64,000 nt of DNA from the human T2T-CHM13v2.0 reference genome, Homo sapiens (GCF_009914755.1 NC_060925.1); one strand, 5' to 3'; shown: positions 46,085-58,760, counted from the first letter of the stretch. Program-made: numbers and translations. Notes: a model not told the origin generated them from the sequence alone.

Positions 46085-48590
46085 ATTTACTTTGAAATAA
46101 TTATAGATTTGTAGGAAGTTGCAAAGAGAGTACAGAGATTTCCCATGTACCTTTCATCCTATTTCCCTGGAGTGGTGGCCATCGGAGGGAGAGATCATTC
46201 ACAGGCATGACTGAAGAAAGACCCCAAATCCTAATGTTCAGTCTTTAAAGAATAGACTGGCCAACCATTTTTTTTTCGTGTGTGATTTTCCTGAGGCTTT
46301 AGATAGGGCTAAAACCTATGTGGGTAGACAGGGAAGATCGAAACCAGAAAATTGATTATTGTTAACAATGTGTGTTTATAGTTCTATGTCATTTTATCAC
46401 ATGTGTAAGTTTATGTACCCATCACTGCAACCAAATATTACATCACTTTGTAGATTTCCCTCATGGCACCCACTATTCCTCCACCATCCTTAACTCTTGG
46501 CAACCACTAATATTTTCTTCATTTCCATAATTTTGTCATTTCGTGAATGTTATACAAATGGAATCATACAGTATGTCACCTTTTGAGACTGGCTTTTTTG
46601 ACTCAACCTAATATCCTTTGACATCCATCCAAGATGTATGTATGTATTTATTGTTCATTTAAAAAATTGTATAGTATTCCATGGTATAGATATACCACAG
46701 TTTAACCATGCTCTATCAAAAAATATTCCAGTTTTTAGCTATTGCAAACAAAACTCCTATCAAGTTTTGTGTGGATATAAGTTTTTATTCCTCTGGGGTA
46801 CATCTCCAGAAATGTAATGCTGGATCATAAAGTAACTGTATGTTTAGCTTTGAAAGAGATCACCAAACTATACTCCAGAGGGACTGTACCATTTTACAAT
46901 CCCACCAGCAATACATGAGAGATCTATTTTTTCTGCATTCTTGCTAGTATTTGGTATCGTTGCTATTAAAAATTCCTTAACTCTTCTAATAGATGTATGC
47001 TGATATTTCATCAGGGTCTTAATTTGCATTGCTTAATGACTAATGACATTGAACATCTTCTCATGTGCTTATTTGCCTTCTGTATAGCTTGTTTAGTGAA
47101 ATGCCTCTTCACGTCTTTTGATTATTTTCTGATTGGATGATTTGTGTTTTTTAGAAGTTGAATGTTAAAAGATCTATAAATCCTAAATATGAGTCAATTG
47201 TCAGATACATTGTTTGCGGATAGTTTCTCCCAGTCTGTAGTTGTCTTACTATTATGATGATTTCCATCCCTGCCATCTCTCATCTCTCCTTTTGGAACTC
47301 TGGGACATGAATTCTAGATATTTTGTTATAGTCTCACAATTTATTTATTTATTTTTTATATCTATTTGCTCTTTATTTTTCAGAGTGGGTAATTTCTATT
47401 GTTATATCTTTGAATTCACTTGTTCATCACTTTGCCCTCTCCATTCTGCTTTTGAGCATAGCTATTGTTTTTCCTATCTTGGGTATTATGGTTTTTTAGC
47501 TCTAAAATTTCAAGTTGATTCTTTTTCAGGTCTTCTATTTCTTTGCTGAGACATCCCACTTCCTTCATTTGTTTCAAGAATGTTCCTACTTGGTTCTTAA
47601 GCATTTTTATGATGGTTGCTTTAGAATCCTTGCCAAATAATTCTAACATCTTTGTCATCTAATTAGGGTCATGATCTTCTGATTAGCTTTTCTCATTCAA
47701 GTTGAGAATTTCCTGGGTTTTGATGTGACAAATGATTTTTAATTGCATCTTCGATATTTTAGGTACTTTATTTTATGACTCTGGATCTTACATCTTGTGT
47801 TTTAGCAAACATATTCTGATACTGGTAAGATGGAAAGTACAGGTTTCCCATAAGGCCTTGTTTGACACCCTTGGAGAAAGGGCACTTTCTTACTGTGCCC
47901 CATATAGGATACCCTGACATCACAGGGGCTAGAAGCCTCCTTGCATCGAAGGTTAATGAAGGCTAAAGTTCCAGCTTCTCACTTGTTCTCCTCTGACACT
48001 TCCAGAGAGGGAAAAGAGCACCTCATTGCTGCTGATTCGGTGGAAGTCTAGGATCCCCAAGTAGCCTCCCTTGACACCATCAAGAGGGACCTTGTTAGTA
48101 TAGTGCAGGTATAAATGTCCTGGCTCCCTACATTTTTTTCTTCTCTTATACTACCTTGGCTAAGGGTGAAAGTTGGGAAAGGGAAGGACATATCCATGGA
48201 TAGGGCTAAGGTGAATTCTGTGGTGTTTGACTGGGGTAGTGTGGCTATTTTCTGAAAGTTTTCTGTCTTGCTACACTGTCCTTTTTCTCATGCTTTGACT
48301 AGATGAAACTAGTCAACAGCAAAAAAAATTTTCCTTTTTGCTGGCTCTAATTTGTATTTTCCAGTTGTGAGTGTCTCCAAAAGCCAATCTGGGACATATG
48401 AAGTAAAAAGAAAACCTAGAGAGCTCATCTCTGTATTGTTTCTTGGGTCTCAAGGTCTCTAGCCAAATTGCATTATCTGCACTTTTCAATCTTTATGTTT
48501 GATTTATGCATAATGTCCAGAGATTTTAGCTACATTTAGTGTAAAGAAGAGGGAAAAGTGTGTCTACTCCATTTGGTCCAGAACTGGAAG
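46085..48590 (-). mobile_element. Old L1 (L1MC/MD-like) fragments in intron 6
   Basis: TTTGAAATAATTATAGATTTGTAGGAAGTTGCAAA 3' end; ORF1-like peptide in ORF 47416..47658; right boundary uncertain. Confidence 0.6.
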
Positions 48591-49875
48591 TACTCTCACT
48601 GAACTTCCAAAAGATTTTAATATAAAGAATTGTTGGGGCATTTATACTCCAAAGCCTCGTTGCTTACTTTATCAGTAGAAAGATCACATATTTAGGTTCC
48701 GAAAAGTGCTATGCCGTTTAATGTATAGAGCATGGTCTTGCTTAAGTGAACCTAGTTTTTAAATAGTAGTAAACTTTGACCTCGAGAAAGGTAATTTAAT
48801 TGCTCTGAACTTTATCTCCTGTTCTTCTAAAATGGGGATAATAAGTTTTGCATCTGAACTTAATAAACTGTCTAACAAAAGTCTGAGTAGTGAACATTAG
48901 ATATACACAATGTAAATATATAAGCTTATATAAGTACTTAACAGCTCTAAAATTATGGAGGGTTTGGGGTAAGACAGAAATGCTAAGTTTTAAAATGACT
49001 TTTCAAGGATGTATGGCAACACATTGTCCTTGGCGTGCTGGATGGCAATGCTTAATGCAACTTAGTGTGCTGACTTAGGACCTCTAAAAGGACATTGTAT
49101 TAATTTTGAAACAGAAGAATTACATTGCAACAGAGGTTGAAAAAAATTATAGGTGTCAACTGAGAACTGCTCTCTACCAGAACCTAGGTATTAATTGGCC
49201 AACTTTGCTAGTTATTCCTCTGAAACCTGAATGAAGAGAAGGTAGTAAAGGAAATCATTTAGTAATGGAAAAAATAAACACAAGATTTTAGTAGGAAGAA
49301 GGTACTAAAAGCCCTGTTAAAAGAGTCCTGGGAGCTTCCTTGACTGGCATTTGAAATTAATCTTATATTTTCCTCATAAGCAGTTGTTAGCATAGCAGAA
49401 TTTTGATTTGTTTAGAAGTCAAATGTGATTTACTAATTCAATCCCTGTGGTTTGAGGGAGAAAGGAGTAGGTCCCTATTAGAACTGTGAAATCAGTACAG
49501 TTTGCTCTCATAAATGCTCATACACAACCCTCCTCACTTCCTCTTTTTCTTGTGGTTCTTTTTAGTCCCCAAAGTCCAGCAACCCCTTTTTTCCCCTTGA
49601 CCAATTTAAAACAAACCATTTGAATGGAATCGTAGATGATTGCAATTTAGTGTGGATTTAGTTGCATTGAAAAATGCTGTCACATGTTGGAAAAAAAAGA
49701 TCAAAGATCATTTCTCCTCTAGAAAAGCTTCAGGCTCCATATTGAGATGTATTGGGGATATTTCATTCTTCAGCTCTCAAAATCACCCTATAGAGTTGCC
49801 TTCACACATATTTAATAACTTGTTGACACATTGCTATTTATGATATAAAATAACTGATTTATCTATTTGATATAG

Positions 49876-49976
49876 GTATAGCATATGTGGCCTTGCTTAC
49901 TAAAGTGGATGATTGCAGTGAGGTTCTTCAAGACAACTTTTTAAACATGAGTAGATCTATGACTTCTCAAAGCCGG
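49876..49976 (+). CDS. IFI44L: IFI44L exon 7 (101 nt) with G4-like TKVD
   Basis: ATAG|GT ATA GCA...AGC CGG|GTAAAA; GIAYVALLTKVDD. Confidence 0.95.
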
Positions 49977-50289
49977 GTAAAAAATGCTGATCATAACCAG
50001 ATATTATTGTAATAGTATCACAATCATACGTGTGTGTGTTTGTGTGTGTCTGTACGTGTATATGTGCTTACAGAGTGTATTTGCAGGGAAATGAAGAATG
50101 GGATCAATTGCTTGATTAATTCAAATTTATATCACACTTTAAAACTGCAATGATCTGAATTATTGTATGTTCCGAAGATAACTTATTAAGCCATTGCTTT
50201 TTTGGTTTCTTTCTTAAATTGTATTTAAAATTGGTCAAATTTCAAATATTAAATACAGGACTTACACTTTTTAAATATACTTTCCACAG

Positions 50290-50464
50290 GTCATGAATGT
50301 CCATAAAATGCTAGGCATTCCTATTTCCAATATTTTGATGGTTGGAAATTATGCTTCAGATTTGGAACTGGACCCCATGAAGGATATTCTCATCCTCTCT
50401 GCACTGAGGCAGATGCTGCGGGCTGCAGATGATTTTTTAGAAGATTTGCCTCTTGAGGAAACTG
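50290..50464 (+). CDS. IFI44L: IFI44L exon 8 (175 nt)
   Basis: ACAG|GTC ATG...ACT G|GTAATC; matches the start of ORF 50293..50523. Confidence 0.95.
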
Positions 50465-50629
50465 GTAATCTGGCCCTTTTCTCCCCCTGTCATAGATCAC
50501 TGGTGCCTTTTGAAAAATCCTAAGTTATACATCAGTTATTAGATGACTGGGGCCCACCTGCATGCCCTAGTCCTGAAAGCTACATTAGGATATATGTTTC
50601 ATTTCCACTCTTGTTTGTTTCATTTTCAG

Positions 50630-50664
50630 GTGCAATTGAGAGAGCGTTACAGCCCTGCATTTGA
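50630..50664 (+). CDS. IFI44L: IFI44L exon 9 coding part (GAIERALQPCI*)
   Basis: TTTTCAG|GT GCA...ATT TGA; completes 452 aa. Confidence 0.92.
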
Positions 50665-51201
50665 GATAAGTTGCCTTGATTCTGACATTTGGCCCAGCCT
50701 GTACTGGTGTGCCGCAATGAGAGTCAATCTCTATTGACAGCCTGCTTCAGATTTTGCTTTTGTTCGTTTTGCCTTCTGTCCTTGGAACAGTCATATCTCA
50801 AGTTCAAAGGCCAAAACCTGAGAAGCGGTGGGCTAAGATAGGTCCTACTGCAAACCACCCCTCCATATTTCCGTACCATTTACAATTCAGTTTCTGTGAC
50901 ATCTTTTTAAACCACTGGAGGAAAAATGAGATATTCTCTAATTTATTCTTCTATAACACTCTATATAGAGCTATGTGAGTACTAATCACATTGAATAATA
51001 GTTATAAAATTATTGTATAGACATCTGCTTCTTAAACAGATTGTGAGTTCTTTGAGAAACAGCGTGGATTTTACTTATCTGTGTATTCACAGAGCTTAGC
51101 ACAGTGCCTGGTAATGAGCAAGCATACTTGCCATTACTTTTCCTTCCCACTCTCTCCAACATCACATTCACTTTAAATTTTTCTGTATATAGAAAGGAAA
51201 A

Positions 51202-51465
51202 CTAGCCTGGGCAACATGATGAAACCCCATCTCCACTGCAAAAAAAAAAAAAAAAAATAAGAAAGAACAAAACAAACCCCACAAAAATTAGCTGGGTATG
51301 ATGGCACGTGCCTGTAGTCCCAGTTACTCAGGATGATTGATTGAGCCTTGGAGGTGGAGGCTACAGTGAGCTGAGATTGTGCCACTGTACTCTAGCCAGG
51401 GAGAAAGAGTGAGATCCTGGCTCAAAAAAACCAAATAAAACAAAACAAACAAACGAAAAACAGAA
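51202..51465 (+). mobile_element. 5'-truncated AluJ-like element in the 3' UTR
   Basis: AGCCTGGGCAACATGATGAAACCCC, expanded A-rich linker, GAGATCCTGGCTCAAAA. Confidence 0.85.
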
Positions 51466-52224
51466 AGGAAGACTGAAAGAGAATGAAAAGCTGGGGAGAG
51501 GAAATAAAAATAAAGAAGGAAGAGTGTTTCATTTATATCTGAATGAAAATATGAATGACTCTAAGTAATTGAATTAATTAAAATGAGCCAACTTTTTTTT
51601 AACAATTTACATTTTATTTCTATGGGAAAAAATAAATATTCCTCTTCTAACAAACCCATGCTTGATTTTCATTAATTGAATTCCAAATCATCCTAGCCAT
51701 GTGTCCTTCCATTTAGGTTACTGGGGCAAATCAGTAAGAAAGTTCTTATATTTATGCTCCAAATAATTCTGAAGTCCTCTTACTAGCTGTGAAAGCTAGT
51801 ACTATTAAGAAAGAAAACAAAATTCCCAAAAGATAGCTTTCACTTTTTTTTTTCCTTAAAGACTTCCTAATTCTCTTCTCCAAATTCTTAGTCTTCTTCA
51901 AAATAATATGCTTTGGTTCAATAGTTATCCACATTCTGACAGTCTAATTTAGTTTTAATCAGAATTATACTCATCTTTTGGGTAGTCATAGATATTAAGA
52001 AAGCAAGAGTTTCTTATGTCCAGTTATGGAATATTTCCTAAAGCAAGGCTGCAGGTGAAGTTGTGCTCAAGTGAATGTTCAGGAGACACAATTCAGTGGA
52101 AGAAATTAAGTCTTTAAAAAAGACCTAGGAATAGGAGAACCATGGAAATTGAGGAGGTAGGCCTACAAGTAGATATTGGGAACAAAATTAGAGAGGCAAC
52201 CAGAAAAAGTTATTTTAGGCTCAC

Positions 52225-52720
52225 CAGAGTTGTTCTTATTGCACAGTAACACACCAATATACCAAAACAGCAGGTATTGCAGTAGAGAAAGAGTTTAATA
52301 ATTGAATGGCAGAAAAATGAGGAAGGTTGAGGAAACCTCAAATCTACCTCCCTGCTGAGTCTAAGTTTAGGATTTTTAAGAGAAAGGCAGGTAAGGTGCT
52401 GAAGGTCTGGAGCTGCTGATTTGTTGGGGTATAGGGAATGAAATGAAACATACAGAGATGAAAACTGGAAGTTTTTTTTTGTTTGTTTTGTTTTTTTTTT
52501 GTTGTTGTTTTTTTTTTTTTTTGTTTTTTTGCTGAGTCAATTCCTTGGAGGGGGTCTTCAGACTGACTGGTGTCAGCAGACCCATGGGATTCCAAGATCT
52601 GGAAAACTTTTTAGATAGAAACTTGATGTTTCTTAACGTTACATATATTATCTTATAGAAATAACTAAGGGAAGTTAGTGCCTTGTGACCACATCTATGT
52701 GACTTTTAGGCAGTAAGAAA
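52225..52720 (-). mobile_element. ERV1 LTR remnant (LOR1/LTR8-like) in the 3' UTR
   Basis: TTGCAGTAGAGAAAGAGTTTAAT...CCTCAAATCTACCTCCCTG...GCTGAGTCAATTCCT; subfamily uncertain. Confidence 0.5.
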
Positions 52721-53804
52721 CTATAAGGAAAGGAGCTAACAGTCATGCTGTAAGTAGCTACAGGGAATTGGCTTAAAGGGCAAGCTGGTTAGTACTTAGC
52801 TGTGTTTTTATTCAAAGTCTACATTTTATGTAGTGGTTAATGTTTGCTGTTCATTAGGATGGTTTCACAGTTACCATACAAATGTAGAAGCAACAGGTCC
52901 AAAAAGTAGGGCATGATTTTCTCCATGTAATCCAGGGAGAAAACAAGCCATGACCATTGTTGGTTGGGAGACTGAAGGTGATTGAAGGTTCACCATCATC
53001 CTCACCAACTTTTGGGCCATAATTCACCCAACCCTTTGGTGGAGCCTGAAAAAAATCTGGGCAGAATGTAGGACTTCTTTATTTTGTTTAAAGGGGTAAC
53101 ACAGAGTGCCCTTATGAAGGAGTTGGAGATCCTGCAAGGAAGAGAAGGAGTGAAGGAGAGATCAAGAGAGAGAAACAATGAGGAACATTTCATTTGACCC
53201 AACATCCTTTAGGAGCATAAATGTTGACACTAAGTTATCCCTTTTGTGCTAAAATGGACAGTATTGGCAAAATGATACCACAACTTCTTATTCTCTGGCT
53301 CTATATTGCTTTGGAAACACTTAAACATCAAATGGAGTTAAATACATATTTGAAATTTAGGTTAGGAAATATTGGTGAGGAGGCCTCAAAAAGGGGGAAA
53401 CATCTTTTGTCTGGGAGGATATTTTCCATTTTGTGGATTTCCCTGATCTTTTTCTACCACCCTGAGGGGTGGTGGGAATTATCATTTTGCTACATTTTAG
53501 AGGTCATCCAGGATTTTTGAAACTTTACATTCTTTACGGTTAAGCAAGATGTACAGCTCAGTCAAAGACACTAAATTCTTCTTAGAAAAATAGTGCTAAG
53601 GAGTATAGCAGATGACCTATATGTGTGTTGGCTGGGAGAATATCATCTTAAAGTGAGAGTGATGTTGTGGAGACAGTTGAAATGTCAATGCTAGAGCCTC
53701 TGTGGTGTGAATGGGCACGTTAGGTTGTTGCATTAGAAAGTGACTGTTTCTGACAGAAATTTGTAGCTTTGTGCAAACTCACCCACCATCTACCTCAATA
53801 AAAT

Positions 53805-54239
53805 ATAGAGAAAAGAAAAATAGAGCAGTTTGAGTTCTATGAGGTATGCAGGCCCAGAGAGACATAAGTATGTTCCTTTAGTCTTGCTTCCTGTGTGCCA
53901 CACTGCCCCTCCACAACCATAGCTGGGGGCAATTGTTTAAAGTCATTTTGTTCCCGACTAGCTGCCTTGCACATTATCTTCATTTTCCTGGAATTTGATA
54001 CAGAGAGCAATTTATAGCCAATTGATAGCTTATGCTGTTTCAATGTAAATTCGTGGTAAATAACTTAGGAACTGCCTCTTCTTTTTCTTTGAAAACCTAC
54101 TTATAACTGTTGCTAATAAGAATGTGTATTGTTCAGGACAACTTGTCTCCATACAGTTGGGTTGTAACCCTCATGCTTGGCCCAAATAAACTCTCTACTT
54201 ATATCAGTTTTTCCTACACTTCTTCCTTTTAGGTCAACA
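53805..54239 (+). mobile_element. MER4-group ERV1 LTR (MER34/39-like 3' end) in the 3' UTR
   Basis: Ends CCCAAATAAACTCTCTACTTATAT...CTTCTTCCTTTTAGGTCAACA; start approximate. Confidence 0.6.
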
Positions 54240-54973
54240 ATACCAAGAGGGGTTACTGTGCTGGGTAATGTGTAAACTTGTGTCTTGTTTAGAAAGATAA
54301 ATTTAAAGACTATCACATTGCTTTTTCATAAAACAAGACAGGTCTACAATTAATTTATTTTGACGCAAATTGATAGGGGGGCCAAGTAAGCCCCATATGC
54401 TTAATGATCAGCTGATGAATAATCATCTCCTAGCAACATAACTCAATCTAATGCTAAGGTACCCACAAGATGGCAAGGCTGATCAAAGTCGTCATGGAAT
54501 CCTGCAACCAAAAGCCATGGGAATTTGGAAGCCCTCAAATCCCATTCCTAATCTGATGAGTCTATGGACCAATTTGTGGAGGACAGTAGATTAAATAGAT
54601 CTGATTTTTGCCATCAATGTAAGGAGGATAAAAACTTGCATACCAATTGTACACCCTTGCAAAATCTTTCTCTGATGTTGGAGAAAATGGGCCAGTGAGA
54701 TCATGGATATAGAAGTACAGTCAATGTTCAGCTGTACCCTCCCACAATCCCACTTCCTTCCTCAACACAATTCAAACAAATAGACTCAGACTGTTTCAGG
54801 CTCCAGGACAGGAAGTGCAGTGTAGGCAAAATTGCAAAAATTGAGGGCACAGGGGTGGAGATGGGGGGGTTGAATAACAAGCTGTGCTAAATAATTACGT
54901 GTAAATATATTTTTTCATTTTTAAAAATTGATTTCTTTTGCACATTCCATGACAATATATGTCACATTTTTAA

Positions 54974-54979
54974 AATAAA
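54974..54979 (+). terminator. IFI44L: Distal polyadenylation signal of IFI44L
   Basis: AATAAA, CA ~20 nt downstream, then TTTGTCTTCTGTTTTG. Confidence 0.65.
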
Positions 54980-55268
54980 TGCAAAGAAGCATACATCCAA
55001 GCCACTGAGCTCATTTGTCTTCTGTTTTGATAAAGTGGTAAAGAAGGAACTAACATGGGAATGCATTGCTACAATTTAAATAAGCATACCAAGATAAATT
55101 CATTTATGGTGCTTTGAGTATATGAGACCCTCTTCTACCAGACAGATGATCAGTGTTAGATTTATAGAGAAGGGATTATCAAATTCCCATGGCCAAGAAG
55201 GTCAGAGAGAGAGAAAAAAAAAAGTGATTCATGTGCATGGTAGAATTATAGACATATCAAATGGACAC

Positions 55269-57460
55269 TGTATTAGTCCGTTCTCATGCTGCTATAAAGA
55301 ACTGCCCAAGACTGGGTAATTTATAAAGGAAAGAGTTTTAATTTGACTCACAGTTCCACAGAGCTGGGAGGCCTCAGGAAACTCACAATCATAGTGGAAA
55401 GGGAAGCAAACATTTTCTTCTTCACATGGTGGCAGGAGAGAAAAATGAGTGCCTAGCAAAGAGGGAAGCCCCTTATAAAAACCATCAGATCTCATGAGAA
55501 TTAACTCACTATGACAAGAACAGGATGGGAGAAACTGTCTCTGTGATTCAATTATTTCCACCTGGTCCCTCCTACAACAAATGGGGATTAAGGGAACTAA
55601 AATTCAAGATGAAATTTAGGTAGGGACACAGCCAAACCATATCATTCCACCCCTGACCCTTTCCCAAATCTCATGTCCTCACATTTCAAAACACAATCAA
55701 GCCTTCCCAACAGTCCCCCCAAATATTAACTATTTTCAGCATTAACTCAAAAGTCCACAGTCCAAAGTCTCATTGGTGACAAGGCAAGTCCCTTCTGCCT
55801 ATGAGCCTGTAAAATCAAAAGCAAGTTAGTTACTTCCTAGATACAGTGAGGGTACAGACATTGGGTAAATACATCCATTCCAAATGGGAGAAATCGGCCA
55901 AAACAAAGGAGCTGCAGGCCCCATGCAAGTCTGAAATCCAGTTGGACAGTCAGAGCTTAAAGCTCTGAAATGATCTCCTTTGAATCTATGTATTACATCC
56001 AGGTCACGCTGATGCAATAGGTGGGCTCTGAATGCTTTGGGAAGCTCTGTCCCTGTGGCTTTGCAGGATACAGCACCCCCCCACCCAAGCTGCTTTCACA
56101 GCTGGCATTGAGTTTCTGCAGCTTTTCTAGGCACACAGTGCAAGCTGTTAGTGTATCTACCATTCTGGGGAATGAAGGACAGTGGCTCTCTTCTCACAGT
56201 TCCACTAGGCAGTGCCCCAGAGGGGACTCTGTGTGGGGGCTTTGATCCCACATTTTCCTTCCACATTGCCCTAGCAGAGGTTCTCTATGAGGGCTCTGAC
56301 CTTGCAGCAGACTTCTACCTGGACATCCAGGTGTTTCCATATATCCTCTGAAATCTAGGCAGAAGTTCCCAAACCTTATTCTTGCTCTCTGTGTACCCAC
56401 AGGACCAAGACCTTATGGAAGCTGCCAAGGCTGGGGGTTTGCACCCTCTGAAGCAATTTCCTGAGCTGTACCTTGGCCCTGTTTAGCCACGGCTGGAGTG
56501 GCCGTGACACAGTCCCGAGGCTACATACAGTAGTGGGACCCTGGACCCAGCCCAGGAAACCATTTTTTCCCTCCTAGGCCTCTAGGCCTGTGATAGAAGG
56601 GCCCGCCATAAGATCTCTGACATGTCCTTGAGACATTTTCCCCATTGTCTTGGTGATTAACATTCAATTTCTTGTTATGTATGCAAACTTCTGCTGCTAG
56701 CTTGAATTTCTCCCCAGAAAATAGGGTTTTCTTTTCTATCCCATTGCCAGCCTGTGAATTTTTGAACTTTCATGCTCTGCTTTCTCTTGAATGCTTTGCT
56801 GCTTAGAAATTTCTTCTGCCAGATACATAAAATCATCTCTCTCAGGTTTAAAGTTCCACAAATCTCTAGGGCAGGGGCAAAATGCTGCCAGTCTCTGCTA
56901 AAGCACAGCAAGAGTCACTTTTGCTCCAGTTCCCAACAAGTTTCTCATCTCCATCTGAGACCTCCTCAGCCTAAACTTTATTGTCCATATTACTATCAGC
57001 ATTTTGTTCAAAGCCACTCAACAAGTCTCTAGGAAGTTCCAAACTTTCCCACAATTTTGTCTTCTTCTGAGTCCTCTAAACTGTTCCAGCCTCTGTTGGT
57101 TACGTTCCAAAGTTGCTTCCACATTTTTGGGTATCCTTATAGCAGTGCCCCACTCCCTCTGTACCGATTTACTGTATTAGTCTGTTCTCACACTGCTATA
57201 AAGAACTGCCTGAGACTGGGTAATGTATAAAGGAAAGAGGTTTAATTGACTCACAGTTCCACAGGGCTGAGGAGGCCTCAGGAAGCTTACAATCATGTCA
57301 GAAAGGGAAGCAAACATGTCCTTCTTCACGTGGCAGCAGGAGAGGGAAATGAGTGCCCAGAGAAAGGGGAAGCCCTTTATAAAACCATCACATCTTATAA
57401 GAACTAACTCACTATGATGCGAACTGCCCCATGATTCAATTATCTCCACCTGGTCCCTCC
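55269..57460 (-). mobile_element. Near-complete THE1C MaLR element: LTR 55269-55644, internal 55645-57172, outer-truncated LTR 57173-57460
   Basis: Two direct LTR copies TGTATTAGTC.GTTCTCA..CTGCTATAAAGAACTGCC flanking THE1-int; left LTR ends GCCAAACCATATCA. Confidence 0.9.
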
Positions 57461-58591
57461 ATTCTACTGTTCACTGCTATCCTCCTCCAAACTTTACTCT
57501 GCACTAACCATACTGAACTCCTTACTTCAAAAAGCTGCCACAGGGGTGATTATCCTTGCCATTCTCTCTGCTTATAAAGCACTTTTCCTAGATATTTCCA
57601 TGGTACTCCCTCTCACTCCATTCAGGACACTTCTCCAATGACATCTCATTAGATAGACCTTTCCTGATTATGCTGTCTAAAGTAGGAGATTTCTTCCCAC
57701 ATCACTCCTATTCCTCCTCTTTTTCTCACTTAATACTCCAAAACTCTGTTTATTTACTTGAAAAGTGGCAATAATATTGGTGTCCTCATCATAAAGTTAT
57801 TAAAATAAACACACGAGATACATGTAAATTGTCTTGCAAATAATGTCTATAATAATATAATTTTTAAAGCCAAGTATATAATACCTCATAAGCTGCTTAA
57901 AATATTTTTATTTGATGATGCTATTGTTTTTAATAGGGCCAGCAAATTAAAAAAACCTTTTTAGGGCAGGCAGGTAATTTAAATTTTTTAGAACCAGTCA
58001 GGTATAAAGCAAGAGGGGACAAAGGAGGACTGGAGAGTGGATGCCCAATGATATAAAAGCATTCACGTTCAACAATTAAAAACTATAAAGACATTACATT
58101 GGCCCTACAGAACAAATGTGCGGATTGAATTCTGCCTATAGGACACGAATTTATGATCCTTAGCAATGTGAAGTTAGAGAAGGGGTTTTATTGTGAAATT
58201 GACACAGGTTGTTTTATATCTTATAAATGAAGTCTCCTCATTTTCCTGTGGTCAGAAGAGAGGGGGCAAGCAGAAAAGCAGAGGAACAAATTTGGAGGCT
58301 AAAATAACATTCTACATAAGGAACTATACTACAGTAGAATTAATTGATAGCAGGGATTAAGAGATGTAAATGAATTTGAGATACATATTCTAGAGGTAGA
58401 ATGTGCAATACTTTTTGTATGTCCATATACAGAAATTGGTTGCATTTTCCTTAAATAAAAAGATTTTTTAAAAGTCAGTGAGCTGTTATGTTTTCTTCCC
58501 TCTGACTTCAATTCCTTGATTCTTTCAATTTTTTTAATATAAATTTACTGTCTAAAAGCTGGATCAGCTTATGCTCCTTTGTTGAGAGAAG

Positions 58592-58640
58592 TTGGCATGC
58601 TGTCAAGTGGGCTGGGCACACTGAGTTTCAGTTTCCTTTC
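58592..58640 (+). promoter_or_regulatory. IFI44: IFI44 promoter: NFI-like site and consensus ISRE
   Basis: TTGGCATGCTGTCAA at 58592-58606; AGTTTCAGTTTC at 58624-58635 followed by CTTTC. Confidence 0.9.
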
Positions 58641-58644
58641 TCTG

Positions 58645-58760
58645 AGTCTTTGAAGCTTCAAGGCTGCTGAATAATTTCCTTCTCCCATTTTGTGCCTGCC
58701 TAGCTATCCAGACAGAGCAGCTACCCTCAGCTCTAGCTGATACTACAGACAGTACAACAG
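58645..58760 (+). other. IFI44: IFI44 non-coding exon 1
   Basis: Directly after the ISRE; ends ACAG|GTAAAT; TSS approximate. Confidence 0.8.

Larger units (their letters stand above)
50665..55000 (+). other. IFI44L: IFI44L long 3' UTR
   Basis: From the stop to distal AATAAA 54974-54979 with a downstream U/GU-rich tract; consistent with the recalled ~5.8-kb mRNA. Confidence 0.7.

Noticed and set aside
50596-50627. Two ISRE-like GTTTCATTT(T)C motifs in intron 8
   Set aside because: They fall in the polypyrimidine tract of the exon-9 acceptor, where such matches are expected.
50656-50664. C-terminal Cys as a prenylation signal
   Set aside because: The protein ends QPCI; Cys is second from the end, so this is not CaaX.
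51202-51465. Inverted-Alu dsRNA in the IFI44L 3' UTR
   Set aside because: Only one partial Alu is in the UTR, with no inverted partner nearby.
55292-57449. Cluster of short ORFs between the genes
   Set aside because: All lie within THE1C LTR or internal sequence, which is non-coding here.
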